A stretch of DNA of 63,450 nt, the filler included, from Octopus bimaculoides (taxonomy: Eukaryota), in the NCBI RefSeq assembly GCF_001194135.2. It is 9 parts of 9 records of this genome, joined end to end, with 100 filler letters (N's around TTAATTAATTAA, not from the genome) between each part and the next. Parts side by side here need not be neighbours in the genome. Positions count along the whole stretch, not along the records: positions 52,496 to 55,065 come from NC_068983.1; positions 55,166 to 57,950 come from NW_026351243.1; positions 58,051 to 62,243 come from NC_069000.1; positions 62,344 to 63,450 come from NC_069001.1; 5 more parts are not named here. One strand, 5' to 3'. Positions 52,396 to 63,450 of the stretch are shown here, one piece after another. The position numbers and the translations under genes are program-made. The notes beneath the pieces are model-generated. The model ran no database searches. It saw only the letters and a program-made list of their open reading frames with translations, and was not told the DNA's origin. Each line of letters begins with the position of its first letter. Within the stretch, counting starts at the first letter, position 1.

Positions 52396-53780
52396 NNNNN
52401 NNNNNNNNNNNNNNNNNNNNNNNNNNNNNNNNNNNNNNNTTAATTAATTAANNNNNNNNNNNNNNNNNNNNNNNNNNNNNNNNNNNNNNNNNNNNGTATG
52501 TGTGTGTGTGTGCGTGTGTGTATGCATGTGTGTGTGTGTGTGTGTGTATGTATATCCAGTCCTATACAGACACATAGAAAATAGACATCATTTATGAATT
52601 TATTCTAAGCTAAATCTTTATATTGTTGCTACATTCCGTGGACAACTACCTAGACATTTGTTTTGCTGTTTGAATTATTAACATGCACAAAATGTTTGAA
52701 ATATCTTTGCCTTAGCACAATCAGTCATCCGGGTGTTGAGATGTTCGTACATACTGCACTTAGTCAATTCTAGAGTTGTTACTAAACTGGAAGCAAATTG
52801 GATATTGTGATATACGTGTCTGAATGATGTGCTTTCAGTGTGTTCTGTTTTCATATGTACACGCTGGTATCAACTTTTGTCTTTCGTAAAATATCATGAA
52901 TGTCGACTAAAGTACACATCTCTTTTGATTTACTCATTTTAAAAGCCTGAATAGACGTTAAAGTTAGGAAGTTTACTACCTATTCTCGCATGGTTTTGCG
53001 TTTCACTCTATGCTGCAGATTTTTACCGAAAACGTGAGTTAAAGAAAGATTTGTGAGCAAATAAGAGGCAAAGGTATAAATGCACGGACGCCGACCGATT
53101 GGACTGTGCCAACGTCACGTATAATTAGCTTAATTCATTACCTAGTTTGACATTTACAACTTCACCTTCGCTATCAATCTTAAGCAGTTTCCACTTTGTT
53201 GCAAGAATTTGTGTTAAGTGTCTGATTGGTAGATATTCTAAATATGAATATCTTGCTTCCTAGCAACAAAAATGGGTGAATTGTAATGTTTTAGAGAGGC
53301 ACAGAGGCTCTGCGATTGGATCACGTTATAATATGGGAAGAACATGCAGGGCTGTAATTCCAGACATACCATTGTTTATATTTCCGTATATACATGCATA
53401 TATTCTTTATCTCTTTTACTAGTTTCAGTCATTTAAATGTGGCCATGATGGAGCACCACCTTGAAGGATTTTAGTCGAACAACTCTACGCCAGAACTTAT
53501 ATTTTTAAGTCTAGTACTTGTACTATCAGTCTTATTTGTCAAACCGTTAAGTTACCGGTACATAGCCACACCAACACCGGTTGTCAATCATTTTTCTAAA
53601 CTGATTTTTGACACCACAGAAGATACACAAAGCCTCACACTAGTTTTAATTTTTTTTTAAATAAGAGAAACAGGTTAAGTTAATAAATACTTTTAAAAGA
53701 CTCCTACATTTTCCGATTGATTTCCTTATATTTTTACTCGTGCAGCAACATCTAACTTTACTTTGTTTATTTCTGACTTC

Positions 53781-53816
53781 CTTTCTGTCGAAGAGCGAAG
53801 GCACAAAACGTAAAAG
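53781..53816 (+). ncRNA. Degenerate minimal hammerhead motif in a short repeat end
   Basis: CTTT-CTGTCGA-A-GAGC(gaag)GCAC-AAAAC-GTA-AAAG; stem I CTTT/AAAG; several core substitutions. Confidence 0.45.
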
Positions 53817-56104
53817 ACTTTCTCACTTCCCGAGCATTAAACTAATATATCTGTTTGTCGTTTATTCATCCGTCTTCTTTCGTTTTTCTTTTTTGTAAAT
53901 TCTCACTATATATATATATATNNNNNNNNNNNNNNNNNNNNNNNNNNNNNNNNNNNNNNNNNNNNNNNNNNNNNNNNNNNNNNNNNNNNNNNNNNNNNNN
54001 NNNNNNNNNNNNNNNNNNNNNNNNNNNNNNNNNNNNNNNNNNNNNNNNNNNNNNTTTTATTTTTTACTTGTTTCACTTCTTAGACTTCAGTCATGCAAGT
54101 GCACCACCTTGAAGGGTTTTAATGGAACGAATCGACCCCAGTACGTCTTTTTTTTTTTAAAGTCTGGTAATTATAGGGGGCGAACACAGTCTCTCTCTCA
54201 CACACACACACACATACACACACACACACAGCTGCTAGTCCCATGCATTCTTGTTGAATTTCTCTGAGAACTACATTAAAGATACGTGTCCATAGAGTAC
54301 TCAGTCAAATGCAGATTGATTTCACGAGCAGGTTTTCTGTTGATGGGGTCAATTATAACACACGATGCCTTAACCAAAGGAGTGCCAGTTAGTGAAGAGA
54401 AACTGCGATGGGACTTGTGGAGTAAGTACCGGAATTACTAATAGGAACTGGAGTTAATTTATTCGACTAAAACTCGTCAAGGCTGTGTCACAGCATGTCA
54501 ACAGTCTGGGAGAAAGAAGTAAAAGATACAAGATAAAAATATGAAATATTGTGTAATATATACTACTTAATCATTTCCACAAGAGACGTATATGCTCGAA
54601 AAGAGATTTCACTGCCGTCACATACAGAAGACGATATAAAAAGGGATTTGTGAGGGAAAGACTCGCAACTAATCCCAGCGTATTGGATGATGAATGACCA
54701 AATATGATTAATTACTTTATTCTAGTTTCGAATTCGGAAAGGCGTAGCTGTTAAGTGTGAGGTTTTTATTTAATTTATGGAAATATGTATTTGTCAGCAA
54801 TAACCAGAAAGGTAAAATATAGAGATTTTTAAGAGATTTATTTCGCTTTTATATATGATTTGAACTTACGATTATGAAAAACGAAGGCTGAAAAGTAGGT
54901 CTCCCAACAAAAAGAGTAAACATAAAATATAGAAAGACTGCACATAACTACATACGTACATATATACATGCATAAATATATATATATACACTAAATTCAC
55001 ACACATATTTATATATATATATGTGTGCGTGTGTGTGTATGTCTATGTATATATATATATATATANNNNNNNNNNNNNNNNNNNNNNNNNNNNNNNNNNN
55101 NNNNNNNNNTTAATTAATTAANNNNNNNNNNNNNNNNNNNNNNNNNNNNNNNNNNNNNNNNNNNNATGATGAAACAGTCAGTTATAATGAACCACACTCC
55201 ATTTGTTACTTGTTTACGAGTGTGTGTGTGTGTGTGTGTGTGTGCCTGCCTGCCTGCCTGCCTGCCTGCACGCGTGCGTGTGTGTGTGTGGATGGATGGA
55301 TGGATGGATGGATATGCACTCACACATACACAAGTATACACATATGCAAGCATAGATCCGAAAATGAGTAAAGAGAAATAATTGAGTGGACGGTGGCATG
55401 CATTTGATCAAGATAAACAAATAAAGGTATATAAGATATCACAAAATATATCCTTGATTTAATGAAATTATCTCCGTTTCCATAAAAGTGGAAATTGCTG
55501 GAAGCGATTAGAACTAAACGCAAATAAGAAAAGGAAATGATCTCACGAACAAAGATTCTCTACAATGGACATGCCATCAAGAAAAGGCCGAATGACTGAC
55601 GTGAGTCATGAAAGAAATCTGTGGATAAGTGTTTTTCTCGCAACAGGCATCATTAGCACTGCTCTAATACGACATTGTCTCCGGTAAATGGGATACTTAG
55701 ACATATTCCAAAAAGTGTGTGTGTGTGCACGCGCGCGCGTGTCTGTCTGTCTGTCTGTCTGTGTATGCTCATACACCTGACCGCTATTACAAAGAGAGGT
55801 AATTATTTCTTCTCAATATGAGACGAGATTGTATTTTGAATTTGAAAGCAAGCAATATAGAGAGTATATGTATTTTTAAAGTTTTTTTTGTAAGTGTATA
55901 GTGTACGTGTATAGTGTGAACTTCAAAGTGTCGGCCTTGTCACATCCTGTGTTACGCTGGATCTCTCTGAGAACTACGTTAAGGGTACGCATGTCTGTGG
56001 AGTGCTCAGCGACTCTCACGGTAATTTCAAATGCAGATTGTTGTGTTGATCGGGTCAACTGGAAGCCCCATCATCGTAACAGCCGGAGTGCCAGTGATAG
56101 TGTG

Positions 56105-56194
<90 letters not shown>

Positions 56195-56197
<3 letters not shown>

Positions 56198-56770
56198 CTA
56201 GACATAATGGTAATTATAAAGGACACCACCGTTACGACAGACATATATTATAAACACACGGACACGCATCAATACCTGAATTTTAAGTCGTGCCATCCAA
56301 CACATACAGAACGCAACATCCTATACTGCCATTGTAGAAGATACGAATACCAGGAACAAACGCCTAACACATCTAAGAGAATTTTTTCTCGAACAAATAT
56401 ACCCGTTTCTACTTATAGAAAATGACATACAGCCGGCTATAAAAATACCCATACAACAACGTAGGACAACCTAAAGAAGAGGAAAGCAAGAACAAGTCAT
56501 GCCATTTATAGTGACACAACACCTGAATGTCTTCGACATTGCCAAAGCAAACCTACCAATCATTGATCAAAGTAATGAATTAAAAGATATAATCACGGAT
56601 CGAGCATAAATCTTGAAAAAATTATAAACAAAAGCAAAGTTTGACCTTAGCAACAAAGATCAATCATTCACTGTATCTAAATGCAATGACAGCCGATGTG
56701 GCACATGCCAAATCATACATAACAACCAATATATGAACGCCAAAACTGGAAAAATATTCACAAACGCAAA
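56195..56770 (+). mobile_element. Penelope-like reverse transcriptase C-terminal fragment
   Basis: FLDIMVIIKDTTVTTDIYYKHTDTHQYLNFKSCHPTHTERNI, the Penelope-like RT thumb motif (FLD...T.YY.KPT....YL...S.HP), followed by CNDSRCGTC ahead of the GIY-YIG region; frameshifted. Confidence 0.8.
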
Positions 56771-57099
56771 TATGTATTTCTTCTATGGAAACAGGTCATC
56801 CCATTTTCTATCCTGTAGGAAGGAGACATTGTTAATATTATTGTTAATATGACATCTCTAATATCATCTAAGATTATAGTATTCCTTGCTGGTCATAAAA
56901 TCATGTTCTCGGGTTTCTAATATGTCCTTCTTACTATCATTTCTTCTATCTCTATGACTGCAATATTTTAAGGCATCCATTTTGTCTGCTGACAACTTTA
57001 GTATTCTCGTTTACTTCCATACGTTTTCAGCAATACACACACTTCTATATAAACACACATACACACACACACACACACACAAGTATATGGTTGCTGTTT

Positions 57100-57950
57100 G
57101 GAACCCCGGAGATGGCGTGTAAGTTCGCCAGTCAGCCCCTGGGGGGGGGGAATCTTGTTGCTCCCCTCTTATTGTGGGAGGAAATGTAAGCGGGCTTTTG
57201 TCTGCGGGTTGCCACCGGGTTTAAAAGAGAGTTGGTTGGCCGAAACCATCCAAAGGGGACTTGGTGGCACAAGAGACACTAAATTGTTGCCATCTGCTGA
57301 CTGGGTCGGGGCTAAGGCCATATTAACGTTGTGGACCCAGTTAGACGATGACAGTCTGGTCTTTCCAGATTACCTGACCATGGCAGGAGCCATGTATCCT
57401 GTAATTCTTGAAGGACGACCTTCCAGGTGTCACAGATGCCTGGAGCCTGGTCATGTGAAGAAGGATTGTCGCCGAGACACGAAAGTGACCCATTAAAAAA
57501 AGTAGTCCTGCTCTGCAGGAAAAAATGAGGAGACGGTGGCTTCAACAGAAAGAGGGAAAAAGAGAAAGGCGGGCATTAATAGTAGCCCGCCGAAACCTCA
57601 AACAAATGTAGAGTTGGAAGAGGGATTGAGTCCGGAGGACTCTTCCTCTCCCATCGGAAAAAAGAAAAAGGTGCCAACAGATGTTGAACCACCGCCGCTG
57701 GGAATTTTGTGCCGCCGACGGTGGAAAAGTCTATCTCTTTACCGGAGGACGAAGAATCGTTGGTCTTCTTCTACAGAGGGGGAGGGATAGAAAAGGAGTT
57801 AGAAAAATATCCTAAGGGAGCAACCATGGCCTGCATGCGGGATCCCGAATGGCCTCCGCAGATAGCTGTGGAAACCTTAATGTGGGACACATTGCAGGAT
57901 CTATATGACTTCAGAGAAATGTTTTACGTGGTGCCTGGTGACGCCGACAC
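57100..57950 (+). mobile_element. LINE ORF1 (gag-like, Tx1/L1-type) fragment
   Basis: ...YPVILEGRPSRCHRCLEPGHVKKDC: a CCHC zinc knuckle after an RRM-like region; disrupted downstream and truncated by a gap. Confidence 0.72.
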
Positions 57951-58050
57951 NNNNNNNNNNNNNNNNNNNNNNNNNNNNNNNNNNNNNNNNNNNNTTAATT
58001 AATTAANNNNNNNNNNNNNNNNNNNNNNNNNNNNNNNNNNNNNNNNNNNN

Positions 58051-58091
<41 letters not shown>

Positions 58092-59062
58092 GTGTGTGTG
58101 TGTGTGTTTGTCCCCCCGCCTTGACAATGTTAGTGCGTTTACGTCCCCGTTACTTAGCGTTCGGCAAAAGAAACCGATAGAATAAGTACTAGGCTTACAA
58201 AGAATAAGTCCTTCAACTAACACCACCCTTTCAGGTGGTGCTCCAGCATGGCCACAGTCAAATGACTGAAACAAGTAAAAGAGAGATGTATGTATGTATG
58301 TATGTATGTATGTATGTATGTAGCGGTTCGGCAGTAAGCCCGATAGAATAAACACCAAGCTTTAAAAAACGAGTACTGGGACCTTTGTGATCGACTAGAC
58401 ATTTCAGGGCTAATCTTGACCATGGTCGCATCCAATGATTGAAACATGTAACAGATTGCATAAAAAGAATTGTTGCAGAAAAATTAATCTTTCAATCGTC
58501 TCGTACTTGCATAACTCATTTGATTATGACCATGTTGGAGCACAGTCTTGGCGGATTTAGTCGAACAAATCGCTGGTATGTATACTGTCGGTCTCTTTTG
58601 CAGAACCGGTAAGTTACTGGGACGTAAACAAACCAACAACGTTGTCGAGAGAAGAGGAGGGGGACAAGTACAAACGCAAAGACGCACACATTTAGACATT
58701 TATATTATATAGTGCGGAGTTCTTTCACTTTCCATCAAGCAAATCTACGCAGAAAGCTTTGGTGGGAAGGGCGGTAGTTGATGACGCTCGTCGAAGGTGT
58801 CACGCAGTGGGATGAACCCGGAGCCAGGTGGTATGGAAGTAGAGTTCTTACCACGGAGCTACACCTGCGATTATTAAAATTGAATAGAGGAATTGATGCA
58901 AAATAATGAAGAATAATTGATGAAGCAAAATTTGAATGTACAAAAAAGTGAAAATATAAATATGAATAGAAAAAAGCAAAAATAGGAAAAATAAATGATA
59001 AAGAAAGAAAGAGAAAAGTAAGAATGTTGAATGAATAATTTTTTTTTTAGCATTTTACTTAC

Positions 59063-59623
59063 GTCTTGGTATGCAGAACGAGGCTCCATGGGGCGTGGCA
59101 AAACAAGCCTGGAAGGCGGGGTAAAGTTGATAGGGCGGAGTTAAAGTCAACGTACAGTCGGCTAGCAGTGACGAAGCGCACGACGACGATGGCGACAGCG
59201 ATAACAAGGGTGATGACGATGATAATGATGATGACAGACATGACGATAACGATGATGATGACGATGACGATAGTGATGACGGCGACGATGATGAAGGTGA
59301 CGACGACGACGACGAAGACGACGACGACGACGACGACGACGATGAAGATAATGAATTCGTTCTGTTTGAGTCTTTCTTTGATTGGAAACAGCGGCGATGG
59401 TGATTCGATCCGAGAATGTCTTTGATCAGAAACGACGGCCTTTTCATCGCCGTAGTACAGCTGTTGTTCTTGTTGCTGTTAGACAGATGCTGAAGTGACG
59501 AAGGTGGTGGCGGCGGCGGCGGCGGTGGTGGCGGCGGTAGTGGTGGAGGCGGTGGCGGTGGAGGAAGGAGGGGCTCTGGTGACGGCGATGCCACTGCTGG
59601 TGGCGGCGGCGGTGGCGGTGGCG
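59063..59623 (-). CDS. Probable 5' coding exon of an eh1-motif transcription factor (likely NK-like homeobox class); 5' end runs into an N gap
   Basis: Open frame from the gap edge: poly-Pro, then MKRPSFLIKDILG (ATG at 59447; eh1 FxIxxIL at 59435-59412), poly-Ser, then YQLYPAFQACFATPHGASFCIPR ending at a consensus donor AGA C|gtaagt (phase 1). No homeobox located. Confidence 0.55.
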
Positions 59624-59927
59624 NNNNNNNNNNNNNNNNNNNNNNNNNNNNNNNNNNNNNNNNNNNNNNNNNNNNNNNNNNNNNNNNNNNNNNNNNNNNN
59701 NNNNNNNNNNNNNNNNNNNNNNNNNNNNNNNNNNNNNNNNNNNNNNNNNNNNNNNNNNNNNNNNNNNNNNNNNNNNNNNNNNNNNNNNNNNNNNNNNNNN
59801 NNNNNNNNNNNNNNNNNNNNNNNNNNNNNNNNNNNNNNNNNNNNNNNNNNNNNNNNNNNNNNNNNNNNNNNNNNNNNNNNNNNNNNNNNNNNNNNNNNNN
59901 NNNNNNNNNNNNNNNNNNNNNNNNNNN

Positions 59928-59979
<52 letters not shown>

Positions 59980-60117
59980 CGTGTGTGTCAGTAAGGTGTT
60001 AGCGATGGTGGAGGTGTGGAATCAGTGAGCTGCTACTACTTAGTACCCCTTCTCTTTCTTTTTACTTCTGTCTCCCTTTCACCCCTCTACGCGTGTGTGA
60101 GCATACATGTGTGTGTA

Positions 60118-60154
<37 letters not shown>

Positions 60155-60195
60155 ATGTATGTATATATGCATATATATGCGTGTATATATGTATG

Positions 60196-60244
<49 letters not shown>

Positions 60245-62189
60245 ATTTATCTATCTGTTTGTTTATTTACCCGTGTATGCGTGTTTATATGTATATGTAT
60301 ATGTATATGTATGCATATATATTTGTATGTATATATGTATGTATGTGTGTGTATGTTTATGTATATAAATCTAATATTTATATATCGGTGTATGAATACG
60401 TAAATCTATGAGTATACATGTGTGTGTACGTTTACCTATATAAATGTGTGTGTGTGTGTGTGTGTGTGTACGTCTATGTCTATGAGAATATAACGATATG
60501 TGCGTAAATGTGTACCTATACGTTTCTCTATAATATACTTATATGTGTATGTGCTTATGGTATATATGAGTATATGTGTGTATGTGCGCGAGTCGAGGAT
60601 TTTACTAGCCAGCCCATCACATATTGTAGACTCGTAGCAGTGATTCCTATTCTTCGATATGATGATACCTAGGAGTCATGCTTAACGGTGATTATGATTG
60701 GTTCCTTGGTAAAGCGGCTTTTGGTTGATTGGTTAGTTGCTTAGTGGTAGAGGTGCTGGTGGTGGTGGTGGTGGTGGTGGTGGTGGCGGTGGTTGCGGTA
60801 GTGGTAGTGGTCGGTTGGTAGGTTTTGGTTGGTGATAATAAATATAGTGGAAAGTGCGTCGAGCTGGCAGAATCGTTAAGCACACCGGGCAAAATGCTTA
60901 GCGGTATTTCGTCCGTCAGTACGTTCTGAGTTCAAATTCCGCCAACTTTGCTTTTCATCCTTTCGGGGGTCGACGANNNNNNNNNNGTGGTTGCGGTAGT
61001 GGTAGTGGTCGGTTGGTAGGTTTTGGTTGGTGATAATAAATATAGTGGAAAGTGCGTCGAGCTGGCAGAATCGTTAAGCACACCGGGCAAAATGCTTAGC
61101 GGTATTTCGTCCGTCAGTACGTTCTGAGTTCAAATTCCGCCAACTTTGCTTTTCATCCTTTCGGGGGTCGACGAAATAACTACCAGTTACGCACTGGGGG
61201 TTGATGTAATCGACTAGACCCGCCTCCAAAGTCTCGTGCCTTGTGCCTATCGCAGAAAAGATAATAAATAGCGGATGTTGGTGGTGATGGTAGTAAATGC
61301 TTAGTGTTTATTTGATGATTAATGAATAATTGTGGTGATTAATGGTTGGTGAATGATAGCAGTGATTATTGTTTAATGGAGGAAGGGACTAGCCGGTCGA
61401 TGGTTTTAGTGGTAATTTTGCGGTTGGTTGGTCTTAGGGTAGTTGGTGAACGGGTGATGCCTGGTATTGGTTCGTGGTGGTTGTAGTGTTAATACCATTT
61501 ATGGTATTGGTGATGCAGTAGCATTCTTTTTAGCAGAGTAGTGGTGATTATAATAATGTTCTGTAGTAGTGGTAGTGATAGTTAAATTCGTAATGGCTGT
61601 CGTAGTACTTGTAGGAAAACTGGTATAGTTCCACTCCGGTGTTTATTTGGTAAAAGTTGACATTTAATTATCAATTACAGGTAATGTGTAGATCGGTAGA
61701 TTGCTTGAAGCCAAATTAGTCCGAACAAACTTCTTCCATTCTGTTATCTGTAGGAAGGAATAAGAAAATAAAAGAACTTAACGAAAAGGAACATTTAAAT
61801 TAATGAAACTGTGTAAAAACCTAAATAAATGACTTTTAGTTGAAATGAAAATATGATTAATTAGCCCTCACCTGCGCTTACATATAAACACTCTTTCTCT
61901 CTTTCTCTCTCTCTCTCTCGGTCACACACTCACACACAGACAGACAGACACACACACACACACAAATACACACACACACACACACACACAAATACACACA
62001 CACACACACACAAATACACACTCACACACACACACAAATACACACACACAGAGTATGTACACACAGGCCGGTTATGCACTCTTCTGCCTTCCAAAAGCAC
62101 ATTTTTTAAAACCATGTGTAGCAGTCAACATGCTTTTCTCTTGACTATCAGTTCTTTCCTCCTTTCTTTCTTCTTTGGATTTTCTTTCT

Positions 62190-62224
62190 CTATCCGACGA
62201 AGAGCCTTGCTCGAAACGTCAGAT
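62190..62224 (+). ncRNA. Degenerate minimal hammerhead motif (same family as 53781)
   Basis: CCGACGA-A-GAGC(ctt)GCTC-GAAAC-GTC-AGAT; perfect stem II and GUC triplet, U4>C, weak stem I. Confidence 0.5.
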
Positions 62225-62481
62225 TTTAACTTTCAATTTTCCCNNNNNNNNNNNNNNNNNNNNNNNNNNNNNNNNNNNNNNNNNNNNTTAATTAATTAAN
62301 NNNNNNNNNNNNNNNNNNNNNNNNNNNNNNNNNNNNNNNNNNNGCATCCAACTGTAGAAACTCTGCCAAATTTAGATTGGAGCCTGGTGTTGCCATCCGG
62401 TTTCACCAGTCCTCAGTCAAGTCGTCCAACCCATGCTAGCATGGAAAGCGGACGTTAAACGATGATGATGATGATGATATA

Positions 62482-62512
<31 letters not shown>

Positions 62513-62787
62513 GTAAGAACGACAGTGCGAACCCAAAAGGAGAAATGGTGACGAATGGAAAAACAGGGCTCCTTTCATAAAACGAGTCACACGGTCGAAC
62601 ACAAAATATATCGAATGATATAAATATGTTATACTTCGATAACATAGTGAATTCGTAAATGGCCAATAAGGAAGACGATAGAACACAACCGATAGAGATG
62701 AATAACAGAAATATTTATTGTGACATTAAAATGTATGTCTGTGTGAGTGTGAATGCGACGTAATGAAAACATAATAAAAGACAGGCG

Positions 62788-63246
62788 TCATATAAAGAAA
62801 AGAGTGTGTGTAAGTGATACATGTATGTGCATGCGTGATATACAGCAGATATAAAAGGAGTCAGTAACACATATACGAATTTGCCAGTTCTTAGAGTACA
62901 CAATAGGAACAGTCTGTATGTAAGAAGTTGAAGCGTGTGGGGCAGAGCGATCACTCGTCGTGATGTTAGGGCTTCCATGCCAAGCCGGGTTCTTGTATAC
63001 AGATGTTCGTCGCAGGCTAGGTTCTGGTCTGTTGTCCATCGTGGCGAAAGTGAATCGCACAAACAGAGTTAGAAGTTCTGCAGTAGTTTTGGTTAACTGC
63101 TGTACGTAGAAATCATGTTGACGATGTTGGCGACGTCGGTGGCAAATCTTGTAGTTCGTAGTTGACGATGGTGGTAGTCGTAGTTGTACGAAGCTGTTGG
63201 TTGTTGTCGCTGGCTGCTGCTGCTGTGTGGTACACGAAACAAGTCT
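62788..63246 (-). CDS. Possible terminal exon of an unidentified gene (153 open codons)
   Basis: Polypyrimidine acceptor ttgtctcggttcagttctcttag| then a stop-free frame RLVSCTTQQQQPATTTNSF...MDNRPEPSLRRTSVYKNPAWHGSPNI... to TGA. No recognisable domain. Confidence 0.22.
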   Translation of the reverse strand, partial: RLVSCTTQQQQPATTTNSFVQLRLPPSSTTNYKICHRRRQHRQHDFYVQQLTKTTAELLTLFVRFTFATMDNRPEPSLRRTSVYKNPAWHGSPNITTSDRSAPHASTSYIQTVPIVYSKNWQIRICVTDSFYICCISRMHIHVSLTHTLFFI

Positions 63247-63294
63247 CTAAGAGAACTGAACCGAGACAAATTTGCCGGGTATAATTTAGTCTAT

Positions 63295-63450
63295 TTAACC
63301 CTTTCGTTACCAAACCGCCCAAAGCCGCCCGAAAAAAATTTTGGTTCATGTGACCAAGCCGCCCAAAACCGCCCGTAATCACCTATTCATATTTAAATGA
63401 GAATATCTGAGCAAATCTCGTTAGTACATTCGTGAAAACACGTGATTATT
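63295..63450 (+). mobile_element. piggyBac-like MITE end
   Basis: TTAA (63295-63298) followed by CCCTTTCGTTACC, the TTAA+CCCT terminal signature; runs off the window. Confidence 0.5.

Noticed and set aside
60789-61174. Exact 188-bp tandem duplication including a SINE head
   Set aside because: Identical copies separated by a 10-N gap, typical of unmerged contig overlap. The shorter repeat across the 10-N gap near 32327-32336 may be similar.
1-63450. CRISPR arrays, rRNA genes or prokaryotic operons
   Set aside because: None seen; the repeats are microsatellites and eukaryotic transposable elements.

Overview
Repeat-rich, gappy eukaryotic genomic DNA, almost certainly an octopus (inferred from the SINE repertoire, the dense microsatellites and the NNN-TTAATTAATTAA-NNN scaffold spacers). 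Host coding content is sparse. Three consecutive minus-strand exons of an axonemal dynein heavy chain (DNAH6-like, linker/DHC_N2 region) all lie in one ~7 kb contig between two spacer gaps. A minus-strand exon at ~59.1-59.6 kb carries an eh1 motif (SFLIKDIL) and a strong splice donor, probably the 5' coding exon of a homeobox-type repressor whose homeobox I could not find. The rest is transposon debris: several tRNA-derived SINE families, RLE-type (R4/Dong-like), Tx1/L1-like, RTE and Penelope-like retroelements, and mariner, Helitron-like and MITE fragments. The most striking signal is a set of minimal type I hammerhead ribozyme motifs in several unrelated element ends. The best example is a 519-bp head-to-head palindromic insertion with a 13-bp target-site duplication, made of a tRNA-headed SINE whose 3' tail carries a hammerhead. 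Most ORFs in the supplied track are microsatellite or N-gap artefacts.
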